From: a candidate division WOR-3 bacterium | Lineage (GTDB): Bacteria; Hydrothermota; Tepidihabitantia; Tepidihabitantales; Tepidihabitantaceae | Length of the DNA stretch: 29,277 nt | NCBI GenBank assembly: GCA_965648905.1 | Contig: CBFGIT010000031.1 | Span: 1-29,277, forward strand | Direction of reading: 5' to 3' | Shown: piece after piece, positions 9,055 through 17,341 of the stretch | Numbering within the stretch: the first letter of the stretch is position 1 | How the letters are laid out: every line of letters begins with the position of its first letter | Notes under the pieces: model-generated | Seen by the model: the letters and a program-made list of their open reading frames with translations, nothing else | Database searches by the model: none | What the model was told of the DNA's origin: nothing | Program-made: the position numbers and the translations under genes

Positions 9055-9110
9055 CACGCGCTTCTCGAGTTCCTGACACCGGGCACAGCCGATTCCGAGT
9101 ATCTGGACTT
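9055..9110. repeat. 56-bp exact direct repeat, copy B
   Basis: Identical to 7991-8046; abuts the intron 3' end. Confidence 0.97.
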
Positions 9111-11003
9111 GTCGAGTAGAAATCATTTCTTACCTCCCCTGGGTCATAGATTCCCCTCACAGAACCGAACGTGACCATTTCGGTCATTCGGCTCTTCATG
9201 AACACTTCCGCTAAGGAGGGGGTAACGCCGATATATCTTCGGTCGGGGAAGCGGATGATACTCCAGCCAGCGCTTGAACCGCTGCCAGTCGTAGCTCCGA
9301 AGCTGGCTCCGCCGATTCAGCCACTTGTACGCCAGCCCAACCACGTGCCGGTAGAAGCTCTGCACGCTCCGTAGATTCCCGCCTATCCCATAGTAACGAT
9401 AGTATCCCGTGACTTTCGCCGCCAGCAGCGACCACCAGTCGGCAAGCTTCATCTGATTCCGTATGCTCCTGAGCCAGTCGTTCATCTGTCCCAGTGCCCG
9501 TCGTAGTCGCTTCCGCTCTGTCTTGCGCCCCAGCTTGAAGCCGCCCGTTCGCGTCTGTTCGCAGTAGTGCGTGAACCCTAAGAAGTCGAAGGTTGCCAGT
9601 CGCTTCGCTTGTCGCCTTGCCGCTGCCCATTGGTAGCGCCCGAACTCGATTACCCGGCTCTTGGTCTCAGCCAAACGCAGCCCGAACTTTCCCAGCCGTT
9701 CCGCGAGATTTCCCATGAAACGCCGGGCCTCTTGCCCACTCTGCACGCAGACCACAAAGTCGTCCGCATACCGCGTCAGGTGGGCATAGCCTCTCGTCTG
9801 CCGCTTGACCTTGCGCTCAAACCATAAGTCGAGTACATAGTGCAGGTAGATGTTTGCCAGCACCGGACTCAGTACGCTGCCTTGGGGTGTGCCCGCGGTC
9901 GTGGCACTCTTCCGACCTTCAGTCACTACGCCCGCCGTCAGAAATCGCGCTATCAGTCGTAGAAAGGCACTGTCGGTAATGCGCTGCTCTAAACAACGCA
10001 TCATCCATTCGTGATTCACCGTGTCGAAGAACCGCTCGATGTCCGCATCCACGACGTAGTTGACCGGTCGCGTCATGATTGTCCGGTCGAGCGCGTCTAA
10101 GGCATCGTGTGCCCCACGCCCTGACCGGAATCCGTAGGATACCTCCAGAAAGTCAACCGCAAAGACCGCCTCCAGTATCAGCTTGCAGGCCATCTGCACT
10201 ATCTTGTCCTCTACCGCCGGTATGCCCAATGGCCTTCGGTCGCCATTCGGCTTCGGGATGTATACCCGCCGGGGCGGTCGCGGACGATACTGCCGAGCCT
10301 TCAGCCGCCGGACCAAGTCCTTGAGATTGACCACCAGATTCGCTTCGTAGTCCTCAACCGTTACCGCATCTATGCCCGGGGCCTTGTTACGCTTCAGCTC
10401 CCCGAAGCACGCCCGTAGGAAGTCATCAGTAAGCAGGTGCATTAGTGCACAGAATCGGCTTTGAGGATTCTTGCTGGCCCTTAGAGTAAGGGACTTGAGT
10501 CTTGTTGAGAACCGTGCTCCGGTTCTGAGTCCGGCAGTTCTGTCCCTCAAGTCCCGTCGCATTCCTGTAGGCCCCTTCGCTCCACCCGCGTTAACGGGCT
10601 TCGTCGCTACTATGGGCCTATCCGACTCCCATAACGCCGTCTGGGCCGCCTTGTCTTTCCGGGACTTGGCCGCCCATACTCTGCTGAGAGCGTCATGGGT
10701 CTCCCGAGTTCCTGGCCTATCCGTATGATACCTCGCCACGGTCTCAGACCCCGCCAGTCTCGCCGCTCCTTGCCTGACGGTGCGGAGAGTATTGCCTGCG
10801 GCTTTATGAACAGCATCGGCAACTGGGATGACAGGAATTACGGGGCTCAATCCCTTCACTTGCGTTGTGGCTCGGTAACTCGTTTCCGCTGGCTTCATAG
10901 CTTCGGTTACCCTGACTATGCAGCGTTCACTATTGAGGTGGCTGCCAACCTTCCTCAAGCCGGACTCTCACCGGCTGGACAAACCAGACTTTTCTCGGCG
11001 CAC
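9111..11003 (-). mobile_element. Group II intron (IIB-like, probably bacterial class E), 1,893 nt, apparently complete
   Basis: 5' end GTGCG at 11003; domain V GAGCCGAATGACCGAAATGGTCACGTTCGGTTC (9194-9162); domain VI with bulged A at -7 (9117); 3' end ...CTCGAC at 9111; removal restores ATG AAA GTC CAG. Confidence 0.95.
9144..10562 (-). CDS. ltrA: Group II intron reverse transcriptase/maturase (no HNH endonuclease domain)
   Basis: KAPGID, RPLGIP, SYGFR, DADIERFFD, GTPQGSVLSPVLANIYLH, RYADD, FDFLGFTHYC, then the X domain. ATG 10562 follows the DIII-like segment; the start is uncertain (track gives 10958). Confidence 0.93.
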   Translation of the reverse strand: MRRDLRDRTAGLRTGARFSTRLKSLTLRASKNPQSRFCALMHLLTDDFLRACFGELKRNKAPGIDAVTVEDYEANLVVNLKDLVRRLKARQYRPRPPRRVYIPKPNGDRRPLGIPAVEDKIVQMACKLILEAVFAVDFLEVSYGFRSGRGAHDALDALDRTIMTRPVNYVVDADIERFFDTVNHEWMMRCLEQRITDSAFLRLIARFLTAGVVTEGRKSATTAGTPQGSVLSPVLANIYLHYVLDLWFERKVKRQTRGYAHLTRYADDFVVCVQSGQEARRFMGNLAERLGKFGLRLAETKSRVIEFGRYQWAAARRQAKRLATFDFLGFTHYCEQTRTGGFKLGRKTERKRLRRALGQMNDWLRSIRNQMKLADWWSLLAAKVTGYYRYYGIGGNLRSVQSFYRHVVGLAYKWLNRRSQLRSYDWQRFKRWLEYHPLPRPKIYRRYPLLSGSVHEEPNDRNGHVRFCEGNL

Positions 11004-11043
11004 TCATCGCATCCTCCTGCTTTGGGTTGATTCGCTTTCCATG

Positions 11044-11916
11044 CTAGCGCAGCGCCGGTATCAATAGCAGCGGCACCGGCGACTGGTGGGCGACGTTGTG
11101 GCTGACACTGCCGAGGAATACCTCGCTGATGAAACCCCGGCCCTGGTTGCCCATGACGAGCAACGATACGTCGCGTTCACGGGCAAGCCTGAGTATCTCG
11201 GTGGTGGGCGCGCCGTAAGGTAGTTCGAGCGTGACATCCGTTGCCCCGTCTTCGACGAGTTGCGCCTTCAGCCGTTCCAGCCGGGCGGTGTCGATGCTAT
11301 TGAACTCGGCCAGCTTTTCCTCAAGGTACTTGCCGATGCGGGTCTTGTCCTGGACGTGCACCAGAGAGAAGCGCTTCCCGCCGGTTCGTGCCAACTCACG
11401 TACATGGCTGAAGGCGTGCTCGGCGTTATCCGAGAAGTCGGTGGCAAAGAGCACGTGATGAGCAGGCTTCAGCGGCACTACTTCGTTGACCTTCCGACCG
11501 TCGCGCTCCGCGTGGCGGATGCGCAGGATGAGTACCGGCCGACGAGCGTGGTGTAGAATGGTGCAGGCGGTACTGCCGAATGCACTCTGATACGCGAGGG
11601 AGTGACCGTGCGAGCCGATGACGATGAGCGAGACGTCGTGGGACTCGGCAACCCGATGGACCTCGCGGGCAGGCGAGCCGACGGCGACCTCGACCCTGGC
11701 CTCAAGGCCGACTTCACGGGCCAGCGCCGCCTGGCGGTCGAGCTTCGGCTGAACGAACTTCAGCATGTCCGCGGTCAGCGGCTCGGGCGCGTAGGCATTC
11801 AGGCAGTAGAGGACAATTGCCTCCCGCGCTCCATGGGTGCGAAGCGGGCCGAGGTTGCTGATTATCTGCTCCGATGTATCGCTGAGGTCAGTAGCAACGA
11901 GAATGCGTTCAAACAT
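11044..11916 (-). CDS. Universal stress protein (tandem USP domains)
   Basis: MFERILVATDLS...IVIGSHG...FGSTA and VLFATDFS...VMGNQGRG...LGSVSHNV; AGGAGG RBS before ATG 11916 (track start 12363 overlaps arsP). Confidence 0.93.
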   Translation of the reverse strand: MFERILVATDLSDTSEQIISNLGPLRTHGAREAIVLYCLNAYAPEPLTADMLKFVQPKLDRQAALAREVGLEARVEVAVGSPAREVHRVAESHDVSLIVIGSHGHSLAYQSAFGSTACTILHHARRPVLILRIRHAERDGRKVNEVVPLKPAHHVLFATDFSDNAEHAFSHVRELARTGGKRFSLVHVQDKTRIGKYLEEKLAEFNSIDTARLERLKAQLVEDGATDVTLELPYGAPTTEILRLARERDVSLLVMGNQGRGFISEVFLGSVSHNVAHQSPVPLLLIPALR

Positions 11917-11963
11917 CTGACACCTCCTTTGGTCCGTAACAACCACAGGTCTGCGGCTTGGGG

Positions 11964-13136
11964 CTAGGCAATTGCACCATAGAGCAGGCCGACGATGGTT
12001 GAGAGAACAACCACTAGTAGAATGTAGGTTGCCGCGCGGCGCAGGCCGATCATCCGGGTTATGACGATCATCGAGGGCAGGGACAAAGCCGGGCCGGCAA
12101 GGAGTAGTGTGAGGGCCGGGCCCTTTCCCATCCCTGACCCGATGAGGCCCTGCAGAATCGGGATTTCTGTCAGGGTGGCAAAGTACATCAATGCGCCCGA
12201 GACCGAGGCAAACAGGTTGGCCCAGAGAGAGTTGCCGCCGAGCAGACCCGCGATTACGTGGTTCGGAATGATGCCGGCGTCGAGGCCCGGCCTCCCGAGC
12301 AGGAAGCCGGCCACGAACACGCCGCCGAACAATAGGGGCATTATCTGCTTGGCAAAGGTCCACGTGGATGCGACCCAGGCCTTACGTTCTTCGCCGTTGA
12401 ACCAGCGCCATACCATGAGCGCGAGGGCGAGGAGCGACGCACCGGCGAGATACCAGTGAACCGAGTAGACGGCATTGTAGAAGCCGATTGGCTCTTTGGG
12501 CTTGCCCCAGGTCAGGAAGATGAGCGCGAGAATCATTGAGACGAAGTAAAGGATGTTCTGCCAGAGCCGGCGTCCGCTCGCAGCGGCTTCAAGGTTGAAC
12601 CCGGCCTGCGACTCGGCGCGCTGCTTCTCCGACCGTATGAAGATGAACGCCATTGCCAGACCGATGATGACCGAGAAAATGACCGCGCCGATGGCGCGGG
12701 CGAGGCCCAGTTCGAGCCCGAGCACGCGGCCAGTCATCAGGATTGCGAGCACGTTGATGGCAGGGCCGGAGTAAAGGAAGGTCGTGGCGACGCCAAGCCC
12801 GGCGCCGGCCATGTAGATGCCCATGAACATCGGGAGCACGGTGCAGGAGCAGACCGCGAGGATCGCGCCCGAGACTGAGGCTATCGAGTAGGCGAGTACT
12901 TTGTTGGACTGCGGGCCGAAATACTTGAGGATGGCTTCCTTGGAGATGAAGTTCTGGATGGCGCCGGCGATAAAGAAGGCGGGCACGAGGCAAAGGAGAA
13001 CATGGAGCCGGGCGTACTCCTGCAGCATCTGGAACCCTTCGAGCAGGGCACCCTGGACCCGGCCCGGCCCAAGCGGCACGAAGTAGAAGAACAGGAAGAC
13101 GCCGAGGATGATGAGGAGTTTGGTGCGTTCTTTCAT
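11964..13136 (-). CDS. arsP: ArsP-like permease (DUF318)
   Basis: LAVCSCTVLPMF, FLYSGPAIN, MYFATLTEIPI and LLAGPALSLPSM motifs; multiple TM segments. Confidence 0.88.
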   Translation of the reverse strand: MKERTKLLIILGVFLFFYFVPLGPGRVQGALLEGFQMLQEYARLHVLLCLVPAFFIAGAIQNFISKEAILKYFGPQSNKVLAYSIASVSGAILAVCSCTVLPMFMGIYMAGAGLGVATTFLYSGPAINVLAILMTGRVLGLELGLARAIGAVIFSVIIGLAMAFIFIRSEKQRAESQAGFNLEAAASGRRLWQNILYFVSMILALIFLTWGKPKEPIGFYNAVYSVHWYLAGASLLALALMVWRWFNGEERKAWVASTWTFAKQIMPLLFGGVFVAGFLLGRPGLDAGIIPNHVIAGLLGGNSLWANLFASVSGALMYFATLTEIPILQGLIGSGMGKGPALTLLLAGPALSLPSMIVITRMIGLRRAATYILLVVVLSTIVGLLYGAIA

Positions 13137-13139
13137 CAG

Positions 13140-13700
13140 CTACTCCCAGCCGAACTCTCTGAATTTCGCCACGATGGAGTCACGCGGGTACACGCCGATG
13201 TGGCGAAAGAGCTCCTTGCCGTCCGGATCGTAGAATATCTGCGTGGGGATGACTTGGATGCGGGCCTGCATGGTCTTCTCCCGGTCCTGGTAGACGTTGA
13301 TGATGCGGACGTCTACTCGGTCCTTGTACTCAGCCATCAGCGGGGTGAGGATTTTCTCCATCTCCATGCAGGGAAGGCAGTTGGTGGAACCATAGTCCCA
13401 CATCCGTGGCAAGGCCTTGGGTTTGGGCGGCGGCTCCGGCTTGGGTTCCGGTTTCGGCTCTGTGTTGGCTGGCGGCTTTGGCTCGGGCCTGGGTTCGGTC
13501 TTCGGCGGGGCCGAGTCTGGAGCAGTCGCTGCAGAGGTGGTCTCGGGTACAGGAAGTGTCTCGCAGACTTCGTCCGGGGTGGCAGGTGTTGTCTCCGGTT
13601 TCGTGCTGGTGGTTTGCACGTCAGGCTTCGGGCCGCCGCAACCCGGCGCGTAGGTCAGGGTCAATGCTGCCATAAGAACCAGCAGGAGCAGTTTCTTCAC
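13140..13700 (-). CDS. Thioredoxin-family lipoprotein with Pro/Thr-rich linker
   Basis: GTG start at 13700 after GGAGG; signal peptide ending APGC (lipobox-like); PEPKP repeats; DYGSTNCLPC and IPTQIF thioredoxin fold. Confidence 0.85.
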   Translation of the reverse strand: MKKLLLLVLMAALTLTYAPGCGGPKPDVQTTSTKPETTPATPDEVCETLPVPETTSAATAPDSAPPKTEPRPEPKPPANTEPKPEPKPEPPPKPKALPRMWDYGSTNCLPCMEMEKILTPLMAEYKDRVDVRIINVYQDREKTMQARIQVIPTQIFYDPDGKELFRHIGVYPRDSIVAKFREFGWE

Positions 13701-13716
13701 ACTCAGATCCTCCGTT

Positions 13717-14418
13717 CTAGCGCTTGAATATCTCGTACAGGAAGTACACGGCCACGAGCAGGAGCAACACACCCGAGGCCTTCTTGAGAACAACCGACAG
13801 TTTCTTTAGCCCTTTCGAGTTCACCATCGCTTCGGCAATGCCCATCGAGCTGCCCGCGACCAGCACCAGCACCGAGTGGCCGAGCGCGTAGGTGAACAGC
13901 AACAACCCGCCGTAGACTACGTTGCCCTTCGACGCAACGTAAGAAAGGATGACCGCGAGTATCGGCATGGCGCAGGGCGTGGCGATGACGCCGGTCAGTG
14001 CGCCCAGGAGGAATGCGCCGACGATACCGCCGACCTTTGGTGCGAAGCCGCGCGGCATCGGGATTTCGAAGTTGGGAAAGAGGAGTATCTGGCCGCCCAT
14101 GACCAGGCAGACGACGATGATGAGTATGGGCCAGAACTTCGACGTCGTGCCGAAGAGCGTGCCGGCGAGCGACGCAACCATACCAAGCGCAGTAAACGAC
14201 GCAGCGATGCCGAGGAAGAGGAACAGAGCCAGCAGCAGAGCATAGCCCTTGGAACGGCCGGTCGCATAGCCACCGACGAAGCCAATGGCCAGGGGTATTG
14301 ACGCAAGCACGCAGGGGTTGAGCGCGGTGACGAGACCGCCGAGAAAGACGACCGGCACGGCGAGCAGGGGCTGCGAGGTAATCAGCTTCTCGGCATTGGC
14401 AAGCAGGTTGGTGAGCAT
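13717..14418 (-). CDS. ccdA: CcdA/DsbD-family thiol-disulfide transporter
   Basis: LNPCVLASIP and ATPCAMPIL motifs with about six TM helices. Confidence 0.9.
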   Translation of the reverse strand: MLTNLLANAEKLITSQPLLAVPVVFLGGLVTALNPCVLASIPLAIGFVGGYATGRSKGYALLLALFLFLGIAASFTALGMVASLAGTLFGTTSKFWPILIIVVCLVMGGQILLFPNFEIPMPRGFAPKVGGIVGAFLLGALTGVIATPCAMPILAVILSYVASKGNVVYGGLLLFTYALGHSVLVLVAGSSMGIAEAMVNSKGLKKLSVVLKKASGVLLLLVAVYFLYEIFKR

Positions 14419-14427
14419 CAACTTCTT

Positions 14428-15264
14428 CTACTCCTTTGGCTTGGCGGCCGAGACGCCGATGCTGCGGACCGAGACTGCGGCCGACCGTAGTTCGTCTTCT
14501 GTCATCCCTGACTCGCGTACCAGCGCCTGCAAAGTGGGGTCGCTGGTCGCCGCCTCAACCGGGAAGCGGCTTTCAACCTCAACCTTGACATCACCGAATC
14601 CGGCGGCGGCAATCATCCCCCAATAGTCCTGCTTCAGGCTCGCGCCCGAGATGCAGCCAACGTAGGCGGCAGCGGAGTCGAGCAGGGCTTTCGGGAGCGG
14701 CGCGGTAAGCACGATGTCCGAAACCATTAGCCGTCCGCCCGGCTTCAGTACGCGGAACGCCTCACGGAAGACCTGAGGCTTATTCGGGGAAAGGTTGATG
14801 ACGCAGTTGGAGATGACCACATCGACCGAGTTGTCGGCGACCGGCAGGTGCTCGATCTCACCCAGCCGAAACTCGACATTTGCGAAGCCAGCCCTGGCCG
14901 CATTGGTGCGCGCCTTGTCGACCATCTCCGGCGTCATGTCTACACCGATGACGCGGCCTGCCGGGCCGACCTTGCGGGCGGCGAGAAAGCAGTCGAATCC
15001 GGCCCCGGAGCCAAGGTCGAGCATGACATCGCCGGGGCGCAGCGCTGCCAGTGCGGTCGGGTTGCCGCAGCCAAGGCCAAGGTTAGCGCCGTCCGGGACA
15101 GATGCCATTTCCTCGTCGCTATAGCCGAAGCTGCGGCTTGTTTCACGGGCGGCGCTCGTCCCGCAGCATGCGCTTGAACCTCCGCAGCACGAGCCGCTCC
15201 CGCGCGCGACCTTGGCGTAGCCTTCTCTTACCGACTTGCGGAGTGCATTTTCGTCGTTCTTCAT
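14428..15264 (-). CDS. arsM: Arsenite S-adenosylmethionine methyltransferase
   Basis: N-terminal CC..CC, NLGLGCGNP, LDLGSGAGFDCF, ISNCVINL and GCISGA; TGATG overlap with arsR. Confidence 0.95.
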   Translation of the reverse strand: MKNDENALRKSVREGYAKVARGSGSCCGGSSACCGTSAARETSRSFGYSDEEMASVPDGANLGLGCGNPTALAALRPGDVMLDLGSGAGFDCFLAARKVGPAGRVIGVDMTPEMVDKARTNAARAGFANVEFRLGEIEHLPVADNSVDVVISNCVINLSPNKPQVFREAFRVLKPGGRLMVSDIVLTAPLPKALLDSAAAYVGCISGASLKQDYWGMIAAAGFGDVKVEVESRFPVEAATSDPTLQALVRESGMTEDELRSAAVSVRSIGVSAAKPKE

Positions 15265-15614
15265 CAGTCCTCACTTCTCGACCGGGCACAGCATGCGAGG
15301 GGCGACGCCGGGCCGACCGGAACACCCCTTCCTGGGTCTAGAGACATACGGCGGGCAACTCTAACCAGCGCAGCCACCCGGCGGTCGGCAATCTGATGGA
15401 AGACGCGGCGGCCGACCTTGCGCGACCGGATGATACCGGCGTTCTCAAGCACCGCCAGGTGGCGTGAGACGACAGTCCGCTCCTGGCGGAACGCCGGGGT
15501 AATCTCACAGACACATCGCTCGCCCTCAAGGAGCAGGATGACGATGTTCAGCCGCACCCGGTGACCGAGGGCGGCGAAGATGTCTTCGGCCGGGGGGCGA
15601 CGTGATCGTAGCAT
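15264..15614 (-). CDS. arsR: ArsR/SmtB-family metalloregulator
   Basis: FAALGHRVRLNI...GERCVCEI...VSRHLAVLENAGII; C-terminal CC pair. ATG 15614 lies just downstream of the promoter (track start 15632 is inside it). Confidence 0.92.
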   Translation of the reverse strand: MLRSRRPPAEDIFAALGHRVRLNIVILLLEGERCVCEITPAFRQERTVVSRHLAVLENAGIIRSRKVGRRVFHQIADRRVAALVRVARRMSLDPGRGVPVGPASPLACCARSRSED

Positions 15615-15651
15615 ATGTGCAAAAACATACACATATAGACGCTGAAGTCAA
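15612..15651 (-). promoter_or_regulatory. arsR promoter with overlapping inverted-repeat operator
   Basis: TTGACT(15651-15646)-N16-TATGTT(15629-15624); inverted repeat ATATGTG-N10-CACATAT (15613-15636) covers the -10. Confidence 0.8.
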
Positions 15652-15670
15652 GGTAAAGTTGCCTCGCCGG

Positions 15671-15689
15671 GACGGCGCGGCGCGCCGTC
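15671..15689. other. GC-rich hairpin between operons (possible terminator/processing stem)
   Basis: GACGGCGCG-G-CGCGCCGTC perfect inverted repeat just after the stop of 15705-16322; no clear U-tract. Confidence 0.35.
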
Positions 15690-15704
15690 AACGTTGGTCC
15701 CCGG

Positions 15705-16322
15705 CTAGGTCCGCTTCAGCAGTGCGTCGAGCCGGGCGCCGATTTCGGCCTCGGTCATCTCACGAGCGGTGCGGAAAGCCTCTTTGCCGGTCGGGTCGAG
15801 GAACACGAACGTCGGGACGATTGTGATGCGGTAGCGGCGGGCCGTTGTCTCGTCGACGTTGATGTCGACGGTGCGGAATGCGGCGCGGCCGACGTATGAA
15901 GCAGCGACCTTCGCCAGCACCTTGTCCATAGCCAGGCAGCTCTCGCAACGGAAGCCCAGGAACCGGAGCAGGGTCGGCTTGGGCCGGGGCAGCCAGTACA
16001 GCAGCTCACCCAGGCTGCGGATGAGGCGGGCGGCATCGGCACCCCGGCCTGCGGCCAGCAGGGTCTCGGCGTCGGCGATGCGGCCGGAGATGAGCACGCC
16101 GCCTTCGTTCCAGCCGGCGGGGAGACCGGCTGTGTCGTCCGCGAGGCCGGCAACGGTGCCCGACCAGAGCCGGCCGGCGTTGTCGACCAACGCCAGCGCG
16201 GAGTCGGTAGCACCGGCGGCCAGGCTGGAATCGGCCCGGCGGACGCACTCGGCCACCGGTTGGAGCCGGGCGATGAGCGAGTCTTGGGGCAGCGCGAGCG
16301 CGAGTACGAGAATCACACCCAT
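15705..16322 (-). CDS. Exported thioredoxin-domain protein with N-terminal helical domain
   Basis: Hydrophobic N-terminus; C-terminal thioredoxin fold FLGFRCESC...IVPTFVFLDPTGKE. Confidence 0.8.
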   Translation of the reverse strand: MGVILVLALALPQDSLIARLQPVAECVRRADSSLAAGATDSALALVDNAGRLWSGTVAGLADDTAGLPAGWNEGGVLISGRIADAETLLAAGRGADAARLIRSLGELLYWLPRPKPTLLRFLGFRCESCLAMDKVLAKVAASYVGRAAFRTVDINVDETTARRYRITIVPTFVFLDPTGKEAFRTAREMTEAEIGARLDALLKRT

Positions 16323-16331
16323 GGTCGGTAC

Positions 16332-17333
16332 TTAGAGACGCAGGCGCGCGGCTTGGAGGACCTGCCGAGTGGCGAAGTCCTGGAGTATGACATAGACGCC
16401 GATGTTGTTCTTGTCTACGATGTGGAACGGTGTGTGGCGTGCGCTGAGCGTGTCGGGAATCGCGAGTGAGCGCTGGAACGTGCGGGTCTCACCGGCGTTG
16501 AGGCTTAAGGTGTCGGTGAAGACGAGGTCGAGAACGATGTTGCGAAAGACGCTGGTATCACCGGGGCTGTTCTCGTAGGACACCGGCCCGAGTTCGTACA
16601 GCCCGACCCCAAGCCCGACACCGGGGCCAATGCCATCGACCGCGTCAAGTTGCACCGTGGCGGTCACAGAATCGGCACCGGAACGGACCGCCTGCAGCCC
16701 GACCAGTACCGGACTGGAGATACGCAGGAGCGAGTCGACCAGCCGGCGGTAGTCACCCATGGTCTGCCGCTCGGTGCGGCCATCGAGGTAGAGCCAGCCG
16801 CCGAGGCGGAATGTCGGCGCATAGTAAAGACGGCGGGACTCTGCGGCCGGGCAGATGAACGGCTCCCAGTAGTAGGCGAGCGTGTCGTCGGAGGCGTGGT
16901 ACTCAACGTGCACGACGCTATCGCCTAAGCTGTCCACCAGCGCATAGAGCGCCATGCGCTCGGGGCGGGAGCAGACGCAGACCGTAGAAATCATCTCGGC
17001 CGCGACCCGGCGTCGGGCACTGCGGAGCACGAGGCTGACGCTGGTGGTTTCGGCCCGGGTGACAGTGCACGAGCTTGAGTCCGACAGGAACCCGGGGCTT
17101 GCGGCCCTGACCAGATAGTTCCCGGGCGTGAGGTAAGTCAGCACGAATGCGCCGAGCGAATCGGTGGTCACCGTCGCGCTGGCCGGGACGGTGGATACCG
17201 CCGCACCGGCAACCGGGGTACCGGATTCCGTCTTCACGGTCCCGACCAGTGTCCCGCTCGTCGTGTCCGCGGGACAGCCGCCCAGGGAAAGCAGAGCGAG
17301 CAGCAGGAGCGCGCCGAGTGGCAGGCGGAGCAT
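16332..17333 (-). CDS. Lipoprotein: carboxypeptidase-regulatory-like domain plus Omp28-like domain
   Basis: Lipobox LGGC; GTPVAGAAV...TTDSLGAF...LTPGNYLVRAASPGF; then AEMISTVCVC...VEYH...RRLYY...VILQD...VLQA, resembling Omp28. Confidence 0.7.
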   Translation of the reverse strand: MLRLPLGALLLLALLSLGGCPADTTSGTLVGTVKTESGTPVAGAAVSTVPASATVTTDSLGAFVLTYLTPGNYLVRAASPGFLSDSSSCTVTRAETTSVSLVLRSARRRVAAEMISTVCVCSRPERMALYALVDSLGDSVVHVEYHASDDTLAYYWEPFICPAAESRRLYYAPTFRLGGWLYLDGRTERQTMGDYRRLVDSLLRISSPVLVGLQAVRSGADSVTATVQLDAVDGIGPGVGLGVGLYELGPVSYENSPGDTSVFRNIVLDLVFTDTLSLNAGETRTFQRSLAIPDTLSARHTPFHIVDKNNIGVYVILQDFATRQVLQAARLRL

Positions 17334-17341
17334 GTTGCCTC

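Larger units (their letters stand above)
9043..11007 (-). pseudogene. Intron-interrupted, 3'-truncated thioredoxin copy (exon 1 ATGA 11007-11004; exon 2 9110-9043)
   Basis: AGGAGG RBS, ATGA, intron, then AAGTCCAGATA...; the spliced product is MKVQILGIGCARCQELEKRVMES* (23 aa), identical to the intact copy for 20 residues, then TAG at 9045-9043. Confidence 0.85.

Noticed and set aside
7991..10562. Diversity-generating retroelement (RT next to a repeat pair)
   Set aside because: The repeats are identical with no adenine-specific mismatches. The RT has YADD plus a maturase domain and lies inside full group II intron ends.
10563..10958. 604-aa version of the RT with a 132-aa N-terminal extension
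   Set aside because: The extension overlies ribozyme domains I-III, has no RBS and does not look protein-like; probably a chance open frame.
11917..12363. N-terminal extension of the USP in the ORF track
   Set aside because: Overlaps arsP in another frame; strong RBS at ATG 11916.
13420..13505. Short tandem-like repeats (possible CRISPR or VNTR)
   Set aside because: They encode the PEPKP linker of the thioredoxin lipoprotein; no constant repeat-spacer period.
13140..17333. Further selenoproteins among the thioredoxin/Omp28-like genes
   Set aside because: Their redox motifs are encoded by ordinary Cys codons; I saw no in-frame TGA with continued coding sequence.
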